The position numbers were made by a program, and so were the translations under genes. From NCBI GenBank assembly GCA_965645245.1, contig OZ287074.1, forward strand, positions 2,170,001-2,234,000: a DNA stretch of 64,000 nt, given 5' to 3'. This document shows positions 1-11,778 of this stretch, in pieces; the stretch's first letter is position 1; every line of letters begins with the position of its first letter. The notes beneath the pieces were generated by a model, which had not been told where the DNA came from, made no database searches, and saw only the letters and a program-made list of their open reading frames with translations. The stretch comes from Massalongia carnosa (Eukaryota).

Positions 1-25
1 TCTTTGTCGAACGTCTTGTATATTT

Positions 26-595
26 TGTAACGGTTCGACCAAGCGTGGTGCGGACGGCAGAACCTATAGCGAACATAGCAGGAGTCCCAGTTATAGTAGA
101 ATAGAGCTTGGTCTGCGGACTAAGTATTGTGCCTTTTGGTCTGGAGGACAGGTGGCGCAATGGTAGAAATCTATTCACTATCTCGCTTAGTCACAGAATA
201 CTTAGTCATCAATCGGTGTACTAGTCGTGAGTTCGATTTCTGACCTGAGTTCCTCGCTTTTTCGCCTTGCTTCGACGGACTGAAGCTAGGACGAAACGGG
301 AAAGCGTTGGATGAAAACTCTCTAAGTCGGATCGGCGAAGGCAGTACGCTAAGAAGAGCCCATTCTTTGGGGCTAACTATAACTGGAAGCGGCTAAGGGC
401 TAGCCGCAGCTAGATAGGCGGTAGTGTAACGGTTCGTCCAAGCGTGGTGCGGACGGCAGGACCTACAGCGAACATAGCATGAGTCCCAATTATAGTAGAA
501 TAGAGCTTAGTCTGCGAACTAAGTATTGTGCCTTTTGGTCGGGAAGGACAGGCGGCGCAATGGTAGAAATCTATTCACTATCTCGCTTCGTCACA
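26..595 (+). mobile_element. TRIM-like miniature LTR retroelement (two ~170-bp LTRs at 26-195 and 425-595, ~230-bp non-coding interior)
   Basis: Direct repeats TGTAACGGTTCG...GTCACA with TG..CA ends; purine-rich tract (agataggcgggtag) before the second LTR; flanks TATTT (21-25) and CATTT (596-600) look like a 5-bp TSD with one C/T change. Confidence 0.8.
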
Positions 596-1620
596 CATTT
601 AACTCGATAATTAAGTCTCACGTTTGCATCATCTTAATTACTACACGCCCTCGCACCGTGACACCTGCTACGTCTATGCTCAATAATGTAGCTACTTTAT
701 CCGTGCCTTGACCCCACACTGTATAACTTTGTTCAGTCAACAATTCTATTGCAGATTCGGTTGATCTTCCTCGTCTGGCGCCTATCTAGGTGTCGGGCAG
801 GAGTCGGAAGGTTTCCGCTAGATAGGTTATATTTTTTGACATAATAGATTCTATTACTTTTCCAAGCGTGTTTAGGGTGCTATGAGTCGATAGGCGTTCG
901 AGGCCGAATAGTCATCCTTGCATGTTTTCTTTAGTATGATTGTATTGGCGGTTTTGAATGCACGAGGATAATATGCTTGTTCTACACATGCTTATAACAG
1001 TGGGGTGAGTAATTCGACTAGCTTTTCCGAGCATGCATTCCCAATTCTGTTGGCTATTCCGTCCGGACCCGGGGCCGTATCGGGCTTGAGTGGGTGTATA
1101 GCTTCCTATATCTCTAGTTCGGTTATGATCATTAGACATTATGGCGGGCTGGCGTAAAATAAACCCTCTATGTCGCTGAGGTCGGCCGGAGGGGCAGGTG
1201 GAAAGAATTTCTGTTTTAGCATGTCCGATTTCTCCTCGAACGTCTCTGCTACTTGATCGTCTCGATGTCAGGACAGCTTCCTACAAGACATGAAGCGGTC
1301 GCACACTTCTGCAGGGGGTGCGTGGGAAGACACCCATGCGATAGTCTCAACCGGTCCAATCATGTAATAGTAATTAGTTTGACAAACGTGGCCTGATCAA
1401 GGTAGGGCTATAGGATAAAGAGCCCTTCGCCCACCTCTTTCGGAGGGCCACTGATCAATCTATTGATTACACTCCACCTACTGCTATTCCATAGCGACTC
1501 CTATTCTATCCTACCACTGTAGAGCCAAATACTCACACTATTCGTACTTCGCCTCACACTTGAACGAGATTGAGCATTTTAGGAATTTCTCTTGTCTGGT
1601 CGCTTGTCAAGGACTGGGCA
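596..1620 (-). pseudogene. Degenerate LINE (Tad1-like) ORF2 reverse-transcriptase fragment
   Basis: Minus-strand translation gives REIPKM..., DQVAETFEEK, LLPDT*IGARRGRSTESAIELLTEQ and YTVWGQG, homologous to the LINE ORF2 at 59260-62623; contains stops and frameshifts. Confidence 0.8.
1266..1558. mobile_element. Solo LTR inserted in the LINE remnant
   Basis: TGTCAGG...CCTCACA, 293 bp, flanked by CTCGA/CTTGA (5-bp TSD with one C>T); the LINE peptide continues on both sides. Confidence 0.7.
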
Positions 1621-2247
1621 GGGGATTGAACTAATGTTCCTAGGAATTGGATTGGGTGATCAAGATGTCTTTATTAATAAGGCTATAGCTAGGTGATGAT
1701 TGCTATACAAGACGTCGGACAAGGAGTCAACTATCTAATTAACTTGTCCTTCCTTTTATATTTGTCTCGAACCCCTTTGCATGAAGATACGATCAGTGTT
1801 CATCTCCCCCTATTAGAAGACGTACGGCACGAAGGTTTGACGAGGTGTTTGACGATAAAAGGTGGAGATGAGGTTCTCCTGTCGTTGGTACGCTTTGATG
1901 GTGATGGTACAGCTTTGACCTGAAGCCGTTGAGAGGGGTCTAAACTCGATTTAGTTAATGAGATTCTGACTAAGCTGAATAGAGGAACGGGAGCTTAGTC
2001 AGATTCATCTGCGGGATTGATTCTGGATCGGGTTGGTTCGATTTCATGACATCGCTTTTGTCTTTTGTCTTTCGCCTATTTGGCTAGTCGCCAGAGACCT
2101 GTAGGTGATTCGGTGACTTTTTCTATTTCCTTGCGGAACGACAGTCTTTTAGCCTTTTGAATGATTTTTTGTTTTCTGTGATTGGATTTTGTGTATGTTT
2201 TCCAATCAGAAATGCCTCTGGAATTGGACCTGAGCCTACGAGTTTCT

Positions 2248-2500
2248 TATGAAGAAGCGAGATAATAAATAGATTTCTACCATTACGCCACCTGTCCTCC
2301 CGACCAAAAGGCATAATACTTAGTCCGCAGACCAAGCTCTATTCTACTATAACTGGGACTCCTGCTATGTTCGCTGTAGGTCTTGCCGTCCGCACCACGC
2401 ATGGTCAAACCGTTACACTACCGCCCGTCTAGCTGCGGCTAGCCCCTAGCCGCTTCCAGTTATAGTTAGCCGCGAAGAATAGGCTCTTCTTAGCGTACGG
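2248..2500 (-). mobile_element. Inverted copy of the 170-bp LTR (2248-2417) with adjacent internal sequence, same family as 26-595
   Basis: Reverse complement of about 345-595; another 19-bp LTR tip of this family sits at 5902-5920. Confidence 0.8.
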
Positions 2501-2944
2501 CCTGTTTAACAAAAAATCAACCAGGCATACGGCAGCGGGATGCAGGAGAAGAGGGTCTAGGGTATCAAGGATAGGCAAAGAGAAGTGCTTGGCAAACGTG
2601 ATGCAGGTACTCCGTATTTCCAGTGAAGATACTCCAAATTAAGCTATCTGCTGAACTGAATTCTGAACGACTGAATAGCTAAATTACATGAGAAATCATC
2701 GTCTCTTTATTCTGCTTGAGGGCCTCCATCTCGGCCTATATCAAATGCATGAACCTGCTTCCTTTGAACCTCTTCAGCTGGGCAAAATACACCCTATTGC
2801 TGACCGGAGACACCGAGACACTCAGTGATCATGAACAGCTGAATTGCCTCCGAAATGTAGCATTTTTGCTGCATACCTTTGCCTCCTCGTAGTTGCCGAA
2901 GTCGTGCCGATATCTGAAGCTTATCGCATATTGAAGAGGGGTAG

Positions 2945-5901
2945 TGTGGTGGGGCGACATGTGTCATCTGTGGTCAGGTGACATGGCAGGCCTGTGTGGG
3001 GATAAAACGGGTTTTTTGCTGGCGTTTTCTTCATCATCTCCGGACATCATCTTCTATCACCTACGCTGTCATCATCATCGTCGTGTCACGTAATCATCGA
3101 CACACGTTCATTTCGTGCATCAACTAGTCGTTCAGTCGTTCAGTCGTCGAGTTCTTTTCATGTCTATGCAGTCGTAGGTCCATTCAGACGTTTGTGTGTG
3201 TGTGTGTGTTCACTGCTCAGTTCGCCATCTATCATCACGTACCACCACCTTCCATTAGCACGCACGACTACCCTTCTTCATTGGCGACCACGGTGCGATA
3301 TATGATTGTACTGGTGCAATTGAGCGGTTGAACTGAGCATCAAACGTCGAAAAACCTCCTTGTTTTGCACCTCTGATCACTCTGACTACTCCACCTCCGA
3401 CCGTGCACGACCGAGTCCTTCAGCACCAAATCGAGCAACATGGCCCCCATCAGCTTCTTTACCACCGCTACCGCTTCCGTCACCATCCCAGCACCGACTG
3501 CATGCGTTTTAGACGTACATTCCAGGAACTATCTAATCATTCTATTCACTGCACTGATGGCCATGTCCTCGAGCATTACCTTCTGCATTTGGGCCAATGC
3601 GACCGTGTCCGAGAGTACTAGACCGACCTCACCTACTCCACTACCATCAAAACGAGCACGTCAACGACAGCGACACCATAATCGAGCGAAACGTGGTAGG
3701 CCTACTAAAAGAGCCTCCGTTTCTGCCTCCGAGTCGTCTGAGTCGTCAGAGTCGTTCGAGTCGTCCACTTCCACGTCCACCACTAGTGCACCAACCTCTA
3801 GCACTAGTGCATCTCCATCTACATCTTCATCTTTATCTGCTTCTTCTTCTTCACCCAGCGCACCTATGAGCAAGCGACAGCGACGTCATCTGCCGAGACA
3901 GCGCCGGTCCATCTCCGTGTCGAGGGCATCGTCTGTCAGTTCATCAGCACCGTCAGTGTCATCATCAACTGCCTCGGTTGCATCGACAAGGTCATACATG
4001 AGCATGGAGGAATTGTTTGCGAAATATGGGGCACAAAAGGCCCATGTGGTCCATACAAACTGTCCAGAATCGCTGTCTATTTGTCCAACAGTCGCCGTGT
4101 CACCACCGGTCACTATGTCTGCACCATCTGCACCGTCTGCACCGTTCATGTCTGCACCGTCCACCGCACCAACGTCACCCGTCACCGCTTTTCGTTCTGC
4201 CGTGTCTTCGGCACCTGTCATCACCGCTATCGAGTCAGCTGACACTGAGTCAGCAATTGAGTCATCTACACGTGGGCCGGAAGGGCCAAAATCAGCAATT
4301 TTACGTTCAGCACCTGGTTCTAGCACTGAGCTAGCGCGGGCCGAGGAAAGGCCGACCACTGAGTCCGCTGCGTCTACTGCGTCTACTGTCACTGCGTCTG
4401 CTGACACTGAGTCAGTCATTGAGTCATCAAAAAAGGGGCCGGAAAGGCCAAAATCAACATCATTTCATTCAGCCTCTGAGGTCAATGTGGAGCTAGCTAT
4501 GGCCGGACGCCTTCCGGACGTCAGCTACGTCGAAATTGACGACTATATAGCACCTTCCCGTTCATTATCACCATTGCGTTCAGCATCACCGTCCCCTTCA
4601 GCGTCATCATTCGTTCATTCAGTGGCCTTCGTTTCGTCAAATATCGAAGAATATCTGTCTACTTTGCCTCTCATTCAGTCATCTATCTCCCGTCAGGCAC
4701 TAGGATTTTTATATTTGCAGGCCTCCACCTGGATAGTTCCTATGTGTCGACTGTCCAGTCTTCCCCTTTCGGACGCCCTATGTCAACTAGCAGGTGCTGA
4801 TAACACGAAAATATTGCTGCACACTGTCGTGGGTCGAGAGATTTTGACCGAATTGCTGACGAAAGTGAAAGAAATTGTCGCACGGTCAAGTTCATCTTCA
4901 GCTAGTGCCACCGTGTCAGCCAATCGAGTGAGGTCGTTTCCACCTTCATGTAGGTCAGGGCCATGGCAGTCAGACCGAGCTAGGCACGCACGGGCTAGAC
5001 GTGCAAAACGTACGCGCTGGACACTACCTGCACCTCCGGCTTCATATTGTTCCACTCCATTTGACAGGCCCGGCCTATCTAATCAGTCAGCGTCAGCACC
5101 AGCACCGTCAGCACCTCCGTCGTTATCATCAGCCCTACCAGCTGCACCACCGGTTGATGCCTTGCCATTACCTGAAACGGTCACGTCGTCAACATTTGAG
5201 GCCTATCGGGCGAGCGGTGCGTTCATTCCGCCTCAGGCTAACTCCATGCAGTCGTCCGGATCACCGTCAACAGACCCATCAGTCAGTCAACAACGATTTA
5301 TTCAGTTCGTGTCCACCCCCGAGGGCTGGCAGGCAATAGTGACGATGATGGAGGCTATTCAGCAGCGGATAGGGGTCGATGTGAGTCGTCTTTTTCACAT
5401 GTGAAGTGATCATGTGAGCTGTGATTGGCCCGCAGGGCAGACTAGTGAGGCGGACAGACTAGAGGCGAGGCGAGGGCTCAGAGACGAGTTCTGATTGGTC
5501 AGGAGAGGTGAGCTGGCGAAGTGTTGACAGATGCCAGGGGACGGCATCTTTGGGGTGTGAGGCTATGTGGTGGGGCGACATGTGTCATCTATGGTCAGGT
5601 GACATGGCAGGCCTGTGTGGGGATAAAACGGGTTTTTTGCTGACGTTTTCTTCATCATCTCCGGACATCATCTTCTATCACCTACGCTGTCATCATCATC
5701 GTCGTGTCACGTAATCATCGACACACGTTCATTTCGTGCATCAACTAGTCGTTCAGTCGTTCAGTCGTCGAGTTCTTTTCATGTCTATGCAGTCGTAGGT
5801 CCATTCAGACGTTTGTGTGTGTGTGTGTGTTCACTGCTCAGTTCGCCATCTATCATCACGTACCACCACCTTCCATTAGCACGCACGACTACCCTTCTTC
5901 A
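2945..5901 (+). mobile_element. Non-autonomous LTR element with 336-bp near-identical LTRs (2945-3280, 5566-5901)
   Basis: LTRs TGTGGTGGGG...CTTCTTCA differ at about 2 positions; PBS-like TGGCGACCACGG directly after the 5' LTR; no gag or pol motifs inside. Confidence 0.8.
3440..5404 (+). CDS. Ser/Ala/Pro-rich 654-aa orphan protein carried by the LTR element
   Basis: Uninterrupted 654-codon ORF filling the interior; hydrophobic N-terminal stretch; internal duplicated motif SADTESxIESSxxGPExPKS; no recognisable domain. Confidence 0.5.
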   Translation: MAPISFFTTATASVTIPAPTACVLDVHSRNYLIILFTALMAMSSSITFCIWANATVSESTRPTSPTPLPSKRARQRQRHHNRAKRGRPTKRASVSASESSESSESFESSTSTSTTSAPTSSTSASPSTSSSLSASSSSPSAPMSKRQRRHLPRQRRSISVSRASSVSSSAPSVSSSTASVASTRSYMSMEELFAKYGAQKAHVVHTNCPESLSICPTVAVSPPVTMSAPSAPSAPFMSAPSTAPTSPVTAFRSAVSSAPVITAIESADTESAIESSTRGPEGPKSAILRSAPGSSTELARAEERPTTESAASTASTVTASADTESVIESSKKGPERPKSTSFHSASEVNVELAMAGRLPDVSYVEIDDYIAPSRSLSPLRSASPSPSASSFVHSVAFVSSNIEEYLSTLPLIQSSISRQALGFLYLQASTWIVPMCRLSSLPLSDALCQLAGADNTKILLHTVVGREILTELLTKVKEIVARSSSSSASATVSANRVRSFPPSCRSGPWQSDRARHARARRAKRTRWTLPAPPASYCSTPFDRPGLSNQSASAPAPSAPPSLSSALPAAPPVDALPLPETVTSSTFEAYRASGAFIPPQANSMQSSGSPSTDPSVSQQRFIQFVSTPEGWQAIVTMMEAIQQRIGVDVSRLFHM

Positions 5902-6059
5902 GCATGGTCGAACCGTTACAATACGAAGCTTTGCTTTCCTACGAAGTTTGCTTTCCCCGACTAGAAGCGAATGCTGAGAGGATTAAGCGAACGACTAGCC
6001 GACGATTATCCCTTCTAAATATTTGTTTCATGCAGCAAGGTGATCAATTCTCCTTCCAA

Positions 6060-6202
6060 TAATTTTTGGGCGATCTTTTTCATAAGAATTCAGCTGGTTC
6101 ACTGAATTTCGGCCCCCAGACGTCACTCTGGTTCCCGTGTTAGAGTCGCCGAAGATAAGCACTAAGTGAACGCCCAAGATGGTTGTCCTTCACCATCTGA
6201 CA
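6060..6202 (-). mobile_element. Copia-type LTR remnant related to the LTR at 38540-38733
   Basis: Shares AGAGTCGCCGAAGATAAGCACTA...CCATCTGACA with 38674-38733. Confidence 0.6.
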
Positions 6203-6868
6203 CCCACATTCCATCTTTGAGGTTTGTTTCAATCTGTGCAGAGAGGCTTCATCCAGTTTTTTTGGTTGGATTATCGTGTTGCGAATGCCAAGCCAGCTGG
6301 ATCATATCTGACGTAATATGCGAACGCCAAGCCAGCTGGATCATAGAATGCCTTCGCATTTTTTACTGATATGGGAATAGTGACATCTGAGAATTTCTGG
6401 TATCTTCGATGCTTAGAAATTCAGGTCTATAGACGTTCGAGGAGAATCTCGAATGTTCTGTGATCAATATCTATATAGCATCACTCCTACGCATAGCCTA
6501 GAGATTAGTCGCAATAATCTGAATTATTTCATTTATAGAAGTTCTGTACTATCCAGAGACTTCTGGCACTCTGCCGCCTATTTTCTGTGCATTGGTCCAT
6601 CATTCTCCATCCCTCCTATTTTAAACACTTCGAATCCTTCTAACATGTCATTCTTCATCTACGCCGCGTTAGCACTGCGGCTCTCACTTTCGTATCCAAT
6701 GAACTACTCCGTGGTGGGTCTCGTCAATTGCCGAACGTGTGAAAGGCTATACGAGCCTTGTCATAACGTTACATTGCTGATGTAAAATGTTCTGCATGCT
6801 GCTCGCAATGTCCATATCAGCTCACCCATCACCTCGAGCCTATTTTGCTTTTTTCGGACTCTTTGACG

Positions 6869-8102
6869 ATGTCAATTATGGATAGTTTCGAGACATCACG
6901 AATATTAGGTTCTTCGGCATCTAACTCGGCTCAAAGCAGAGCGGCTATGCAGAACGAGGAAAATCCGGCTCACATCCAAGACACTAGGCAGCGCAAGAAA
7001 GTTCAGAATCGCATAGCCCAGCGAACCTACCGCGAGTCTTTCGAGAAAACGCTCACCTGGGAGGCTTTTAGCTAATTCTGTGTGGCAGGTAAAAGAATCA
7101 AGTCTCGAATGGAAGCGCTGGAACGCTTTCGAGAAGCCTCTACGGCACAAATGTCACCATCGGACATTAGCTCCCCAGAGTTCAACCCTCCAACAGAACC
7201 GGAGAGCCATTCTTTTCAGCCCATGCCCTCTCCGGCCATTTCAACGCCCTCCTCTCTACATCATTCGTACTGCTTACAAGACCAAGGTAATGTTACCAAA
7301 TGCTCTGCTTCGTTGTCGTCTTCGGAGAGAGACGACAGTCTTGCTTCTTCGTTCCAGACACATCCCGAACATATTATCCCTACGGTTACACCATCACTGG
7401 ATACGGCTCTGTCTTTCAAGCCGCAGAACAACCGAACCGATCATGGCTTGTGGAATTTCAGCCAAGCAGTCAACATTGGACTTAATGTGGAAGGCATCAA
7501 TGAGCCGCGAGACGCTGAGTACCACAACCCGCCCGAATGGCCACCCTCAGATCTCATAAAAGAGGTAAGAATGGCTAATACAATCACGACTACGATCCAA
7601 TGCTGCCTGACTCTATATATTGCTCCCAACGTCCTGCGCTAACGTATAACTACTCAAGTTCGCCAGGGATATGTACCTTCCTGACACCCCCCAGATCCAG
7701 GATAGCAAAACCGCTCTGCACATGGCCGCCGAGAAAGGTAAAACGTCGACGGTGCAGCTCCTCCTTAGTCTGCAGCCCGATATTCTGGCACAGGATGGAA
7801 GGGGCCGCACGGCGCTCCATCTCGCCGTGTTCAACCAGCACCAAGATGTCATCCAAGAGCTTGTCAAACGGCCGATCTGTCTGGAGGTCCAAGATCAGGG
7901 CGGGCAAACAGCATTGCATGTCGCGGCTGCCCACGGACACGAACGTGCCGTAGCCTGCCTACTTGCCGCGGGTGCAGATCTCGAATGCAAGGATGCGAGA
8001 GGCCATACTGCCTTTCATCTGGCTGCGGCAAACGGACGGGACAACATTCTCCGATTATTGTTCAATCGAGGAGCTGATATCAATGCCAAGATCAAACTAT
8101 AA
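6869..8102 (+). CDS. bZIP-basic-region plus ankyrin-repeat (bANK, TOXE/Aps2-like) pathway-specific transcription factor; 3 or more exons
   Basis: [27 protein letters not shown] basic region; C-terminal ankyrin repeats ([34 protein letters not shown]); introns 7032-7088 (GC-AG) and about 7565-7694. Confidence 0.85.
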
Positions 8103-8714
8103 ATTAACTCGTGTTTGAGTAATGCATGGGAGTGACAATCCGGGGCCGTCAAGTTTCCACCTTGCAGCATATTCTTCCACAAGGCATTCTCACAAACGAT
8201 ATTTAGACACTCGCGCCGCATATTTGTTTTATTCTGCGTCTCGTCAAGATCCGACATAGAATTGTTGTGTAGCATATATAGACTATCAAGAATGGTTCGA
8301 CAAGGCTCAAAACCAGAAGTGTTGAAGATGGTTCAAATGGCAGGCAAACATTGTTGGAGGCGTGAGGGCAATTACCAAGCAATACAAGAAGATAGGCCCA
8401 GACAGAAGACGGTGTGCCGAAGGGTGTCTACAGTAGAATTCATGAGGATTATTGGTGCGAGAGTCGTTCTGCTGCTCGTGATGGATGGAACATCAAGGTC
8501 GACGGCATCTTAGCGTTTGTCAGTATTCGAACCATGGTGCGAGATTTGAAGACTCGAATCGGTTCTGAACCCTTCATAGAAAGTGTAGCATTGCTATCAA
8601 AGACCTTGATAATTCCTCAGTCCATTAAAGATTGTGGGCTATACCTGAGCATTGACTCTTAATATTTACCGCCCACACTGATCAAGAGGTTGAATGAGCA
8701 CATCGATCGGAAGA

Positions 8715-10849
8715 TCACATCGGAACTGCTGGCGCCATTTTCACACGCTACTCACAATTGGTTAATCGCTCAAAAAGTTCCTTGAAGTACTTACTCGAAG
8801 TCCTAGAGAAGCAATCACTCCCAAAGCTGCGGCTGCATAGACTGGAATGAACCTGTAATGATTCTCGTCAGAGAGGTTGAGTATTTAGTAATTTGAGAGA
8901 TGTGCCTTACACTTTGGAAAGAGATTCCACTATGATTGCGAGCGCTTGGGTCTTTTGATCTTTGCCTAATGTTGAGAGAAAGTCGCCGCTTAATCCTAGT
9001 AAAGCAGCCTGGAGTTCGGCGCGGGGACGATCGACAAGAAGCACTTCGAGTCCACTCAAGGCGCGATTTATGAAAACAGCTCCGGAAATAGAGAGTGCTA
9101 GCGCTACGCTCAGAAGTTGGGCTACGGGGTTTGGGTTAGTATGGATGAGAAGGGCCTTTCGGAAAGAACAAGGGTATTGTGTCGCTTACCAACCATTATG
9201 AAACTCAGACCAAATGTCACCAACTCAGGTCTGGTGAGGGTCTGAATCACCGCGAATGCAGCTTGCATGCCGCAGCCGGACCCAATGCCGAGTAGGACCT
9301 CATATCCATATATAGTACCGGTTGAGGTAGTGGCGTCGATGCGAGCTAAGATTATCAGAATGCGGTTGGATCTGAGGGAACACTGGGACCCACAGAACAA
9401 TACGCCTGCAACTAAAGTCAGGATACTTCCCACTAAGAACCATGGCATGTAGTATCCGCCGTTAGACAATGTTCCACTATTCACAAGGATGAGAAAGGTG
9501 ATGAAGACGATGAGAGGCAGCAGTCTGATTGCAGACTCTAGTGGTGCATCACCACGGGTAAATTGGAAATAAGTTGGAATGAAGTAAATCGGAATGAAGC
9601 CGGCCGAGTTAAAGGTTGCCGTTAAGATGAAGAGGAGAAGAGCTTCTTTGATTTGCAGGAAGGCGACTGGGAACAAGCGAGCCCTCTCACTCGTCAGAAG
9701 GGCGAAATATTGTTGCACCACAAACACCGTGAATAGTACCCCCGAGAGTCCGAAGAGGACGATAATCTGGGCGCTATTCCAGCTGAAAAGGGTACCGCCA
9801 AAATTTATAGCCATAACCAGGCAGACTAGAGATCCTATGCTAAGGACTATGCCAACGCCATCGAGGTTGCGAAGGCGTGAAGGGATGCTTTGAGATTGCT
9901 GAGGCTTGAAACTTGGAATCAGGAACAGATAGACTGGGCTCAAGAGTCCGATGATGCAGAGGTTCACGTAGAAGCCCCAGCGCCATGTGGCCTTCGAGTC
10001 GGCAAAAGCACCTCCAACCACGGGTCCGACAACGTTGCCGATACCGAACGTTAATCCCCTTATCGAGGTCAGCTTCGTATCGGCCGTAAAAGAATGCTTG
10101 TTACTTACACCAGGCCCAGATAAATTGGACGCTCAGTGGAACTTGTGTTGACAGATAACAACGTCATTACCCCGAGGTAGGTCCCGATTCCGCCCACACC
10201 CGCGATAACACGTCCGACAATGAACGCGTTGAGATTGGGCGCAGCGGCGCATAGAGCAGATCCGACCGAGAACGTAACAACGGAACCAATGTAGAGCTTT
10301 TTGGTGTCGAAGAGGGCATACGTACTGCCGAAGGGAAGAACGAAGCTGACCCCCCCGATCATGAAACTGAAAGATGTGTCAACGAGAGTGTCTAAGTTAA
10401 GTTGACAAGGAACACTTACGCGACAGAAAGCCATGGAAGTTTGTCCGCACCGCCGAAATCTCTGACGATGACCTGTACATTGCCTGTCAGATCCTAGGAT
10501 TTGTCTCCTGCTCCTTCTTATGGATAAGGCTCATACCGGAATGACGTCGGCGGTTATGGTGTTGTCGAGGGCGTACAGGAATACGCTGGAGAGGATAGCC
10601 AGCACGGCAAGGATCCACTCAAGTTGTGCATTTCCCATGTCAGTAAAGCAATAAGCGAGGGGAACGAGACGTTTGAGAAAGACGATCGCTCACCCGCTTT
10701 CCCGTAAGTTTTCGGACTAGAGGGCTCACGTGATCCCGAAGAGATTCATGGTCGTGCGGAGGCATACTTTCTTCTCTTTCTTCGTTTGCCTCTTTTTCTT
10801 CTCGAACGGGTGAATCGTTCTCGCGCCGGGTGAGTCTGTGAATCTCCAT
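8715..10849 (-). CDS. MFS drug/toxin efflux pump (DHA2-type, TOXA/AflT-like); multi-exon
   Basis: GSALCAAAPNLNAFIVGRVIAGVGG, GPVVGGAF...WRWGFYVNL and YIPxYFQFxRG-type motifs; many hydrophobic helices; several canonical introns; last exon RVKMAPAVPM*. Confidence 0.9.
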
Positions 10850-11778
10850 GTTGGTTGTAGTAGAACAAGGGGGAGTCCGATCAGTCTTGTAGAGCAAACA
10901 ATCGATGTGAGGAAAGCCGATGAGGCATTTAAGTGATAGCTAGCGGGGGCAAGTGTTGATTGTTGATCATCTATCGGGGCAGGACTAAGGATCCAACCAC
11001 TGTGCGAGTGCTTGTGCGACTGATAGTGCAAACGCGTGATAGTAATGGGATTGAGATTATCAAGCAAATCGCAAATCCATCGAGTCATCCATTAATTCCC
11101 CACCAGCCAAGCTCTACCCTATCGTCTTTCGTACCTTTGGTAACTTAAACCAAAACGCTGTATTATACAATACGGTACGCGCCTCTGCAGCCGAAGGCTG
11201 GGTACGTGTTTTTGGATATTATTAATTCATTTTAAACCCATATTAAACGTTTCGAAAACGTGCTTTTATCGCGCGATGCATACATTCAGATCTTCAACCG
11301 CTACGAGTTCTGTAGTAGACTTGATGAACGAGACCTGTCACCCCCGATGATTTGATGCTATATTACGTGAGAATAATACAGGTTAGGCACGTGTAGACGC
11401 ATGGAGGGTACACGGATATGCAGTGTTGCGCAGGGTCCACGGGTTCGCTGTTACTGTGCTCTGCATGCAGACTTCTATGCTCCCTCTGCTCTCCGTAGGT
11501 AATACAGTGGAGTTGGCAGGCCCGATTGGCCGGGAAAACCAAGGTGCAGTCGGTGATATTAATAGATCTAGGTAAGTGATGCTGGTCTGGGTCGAGACAT
11601 GCCTGATTGATGACCACCGACGAAACTTCAGTCAGATCTTTCATGGAGAGGCAGTTCCAGCCCTTCGGAACGTCATCTATATGATGGACTTTCTGCCTGT
11701 AGAGGACGGACAACAAATTAGAGAACAAAGCAGACCTTTCTTCGGACGTCTGACAGAAGTTGCCCGAGTGCTACCGCG

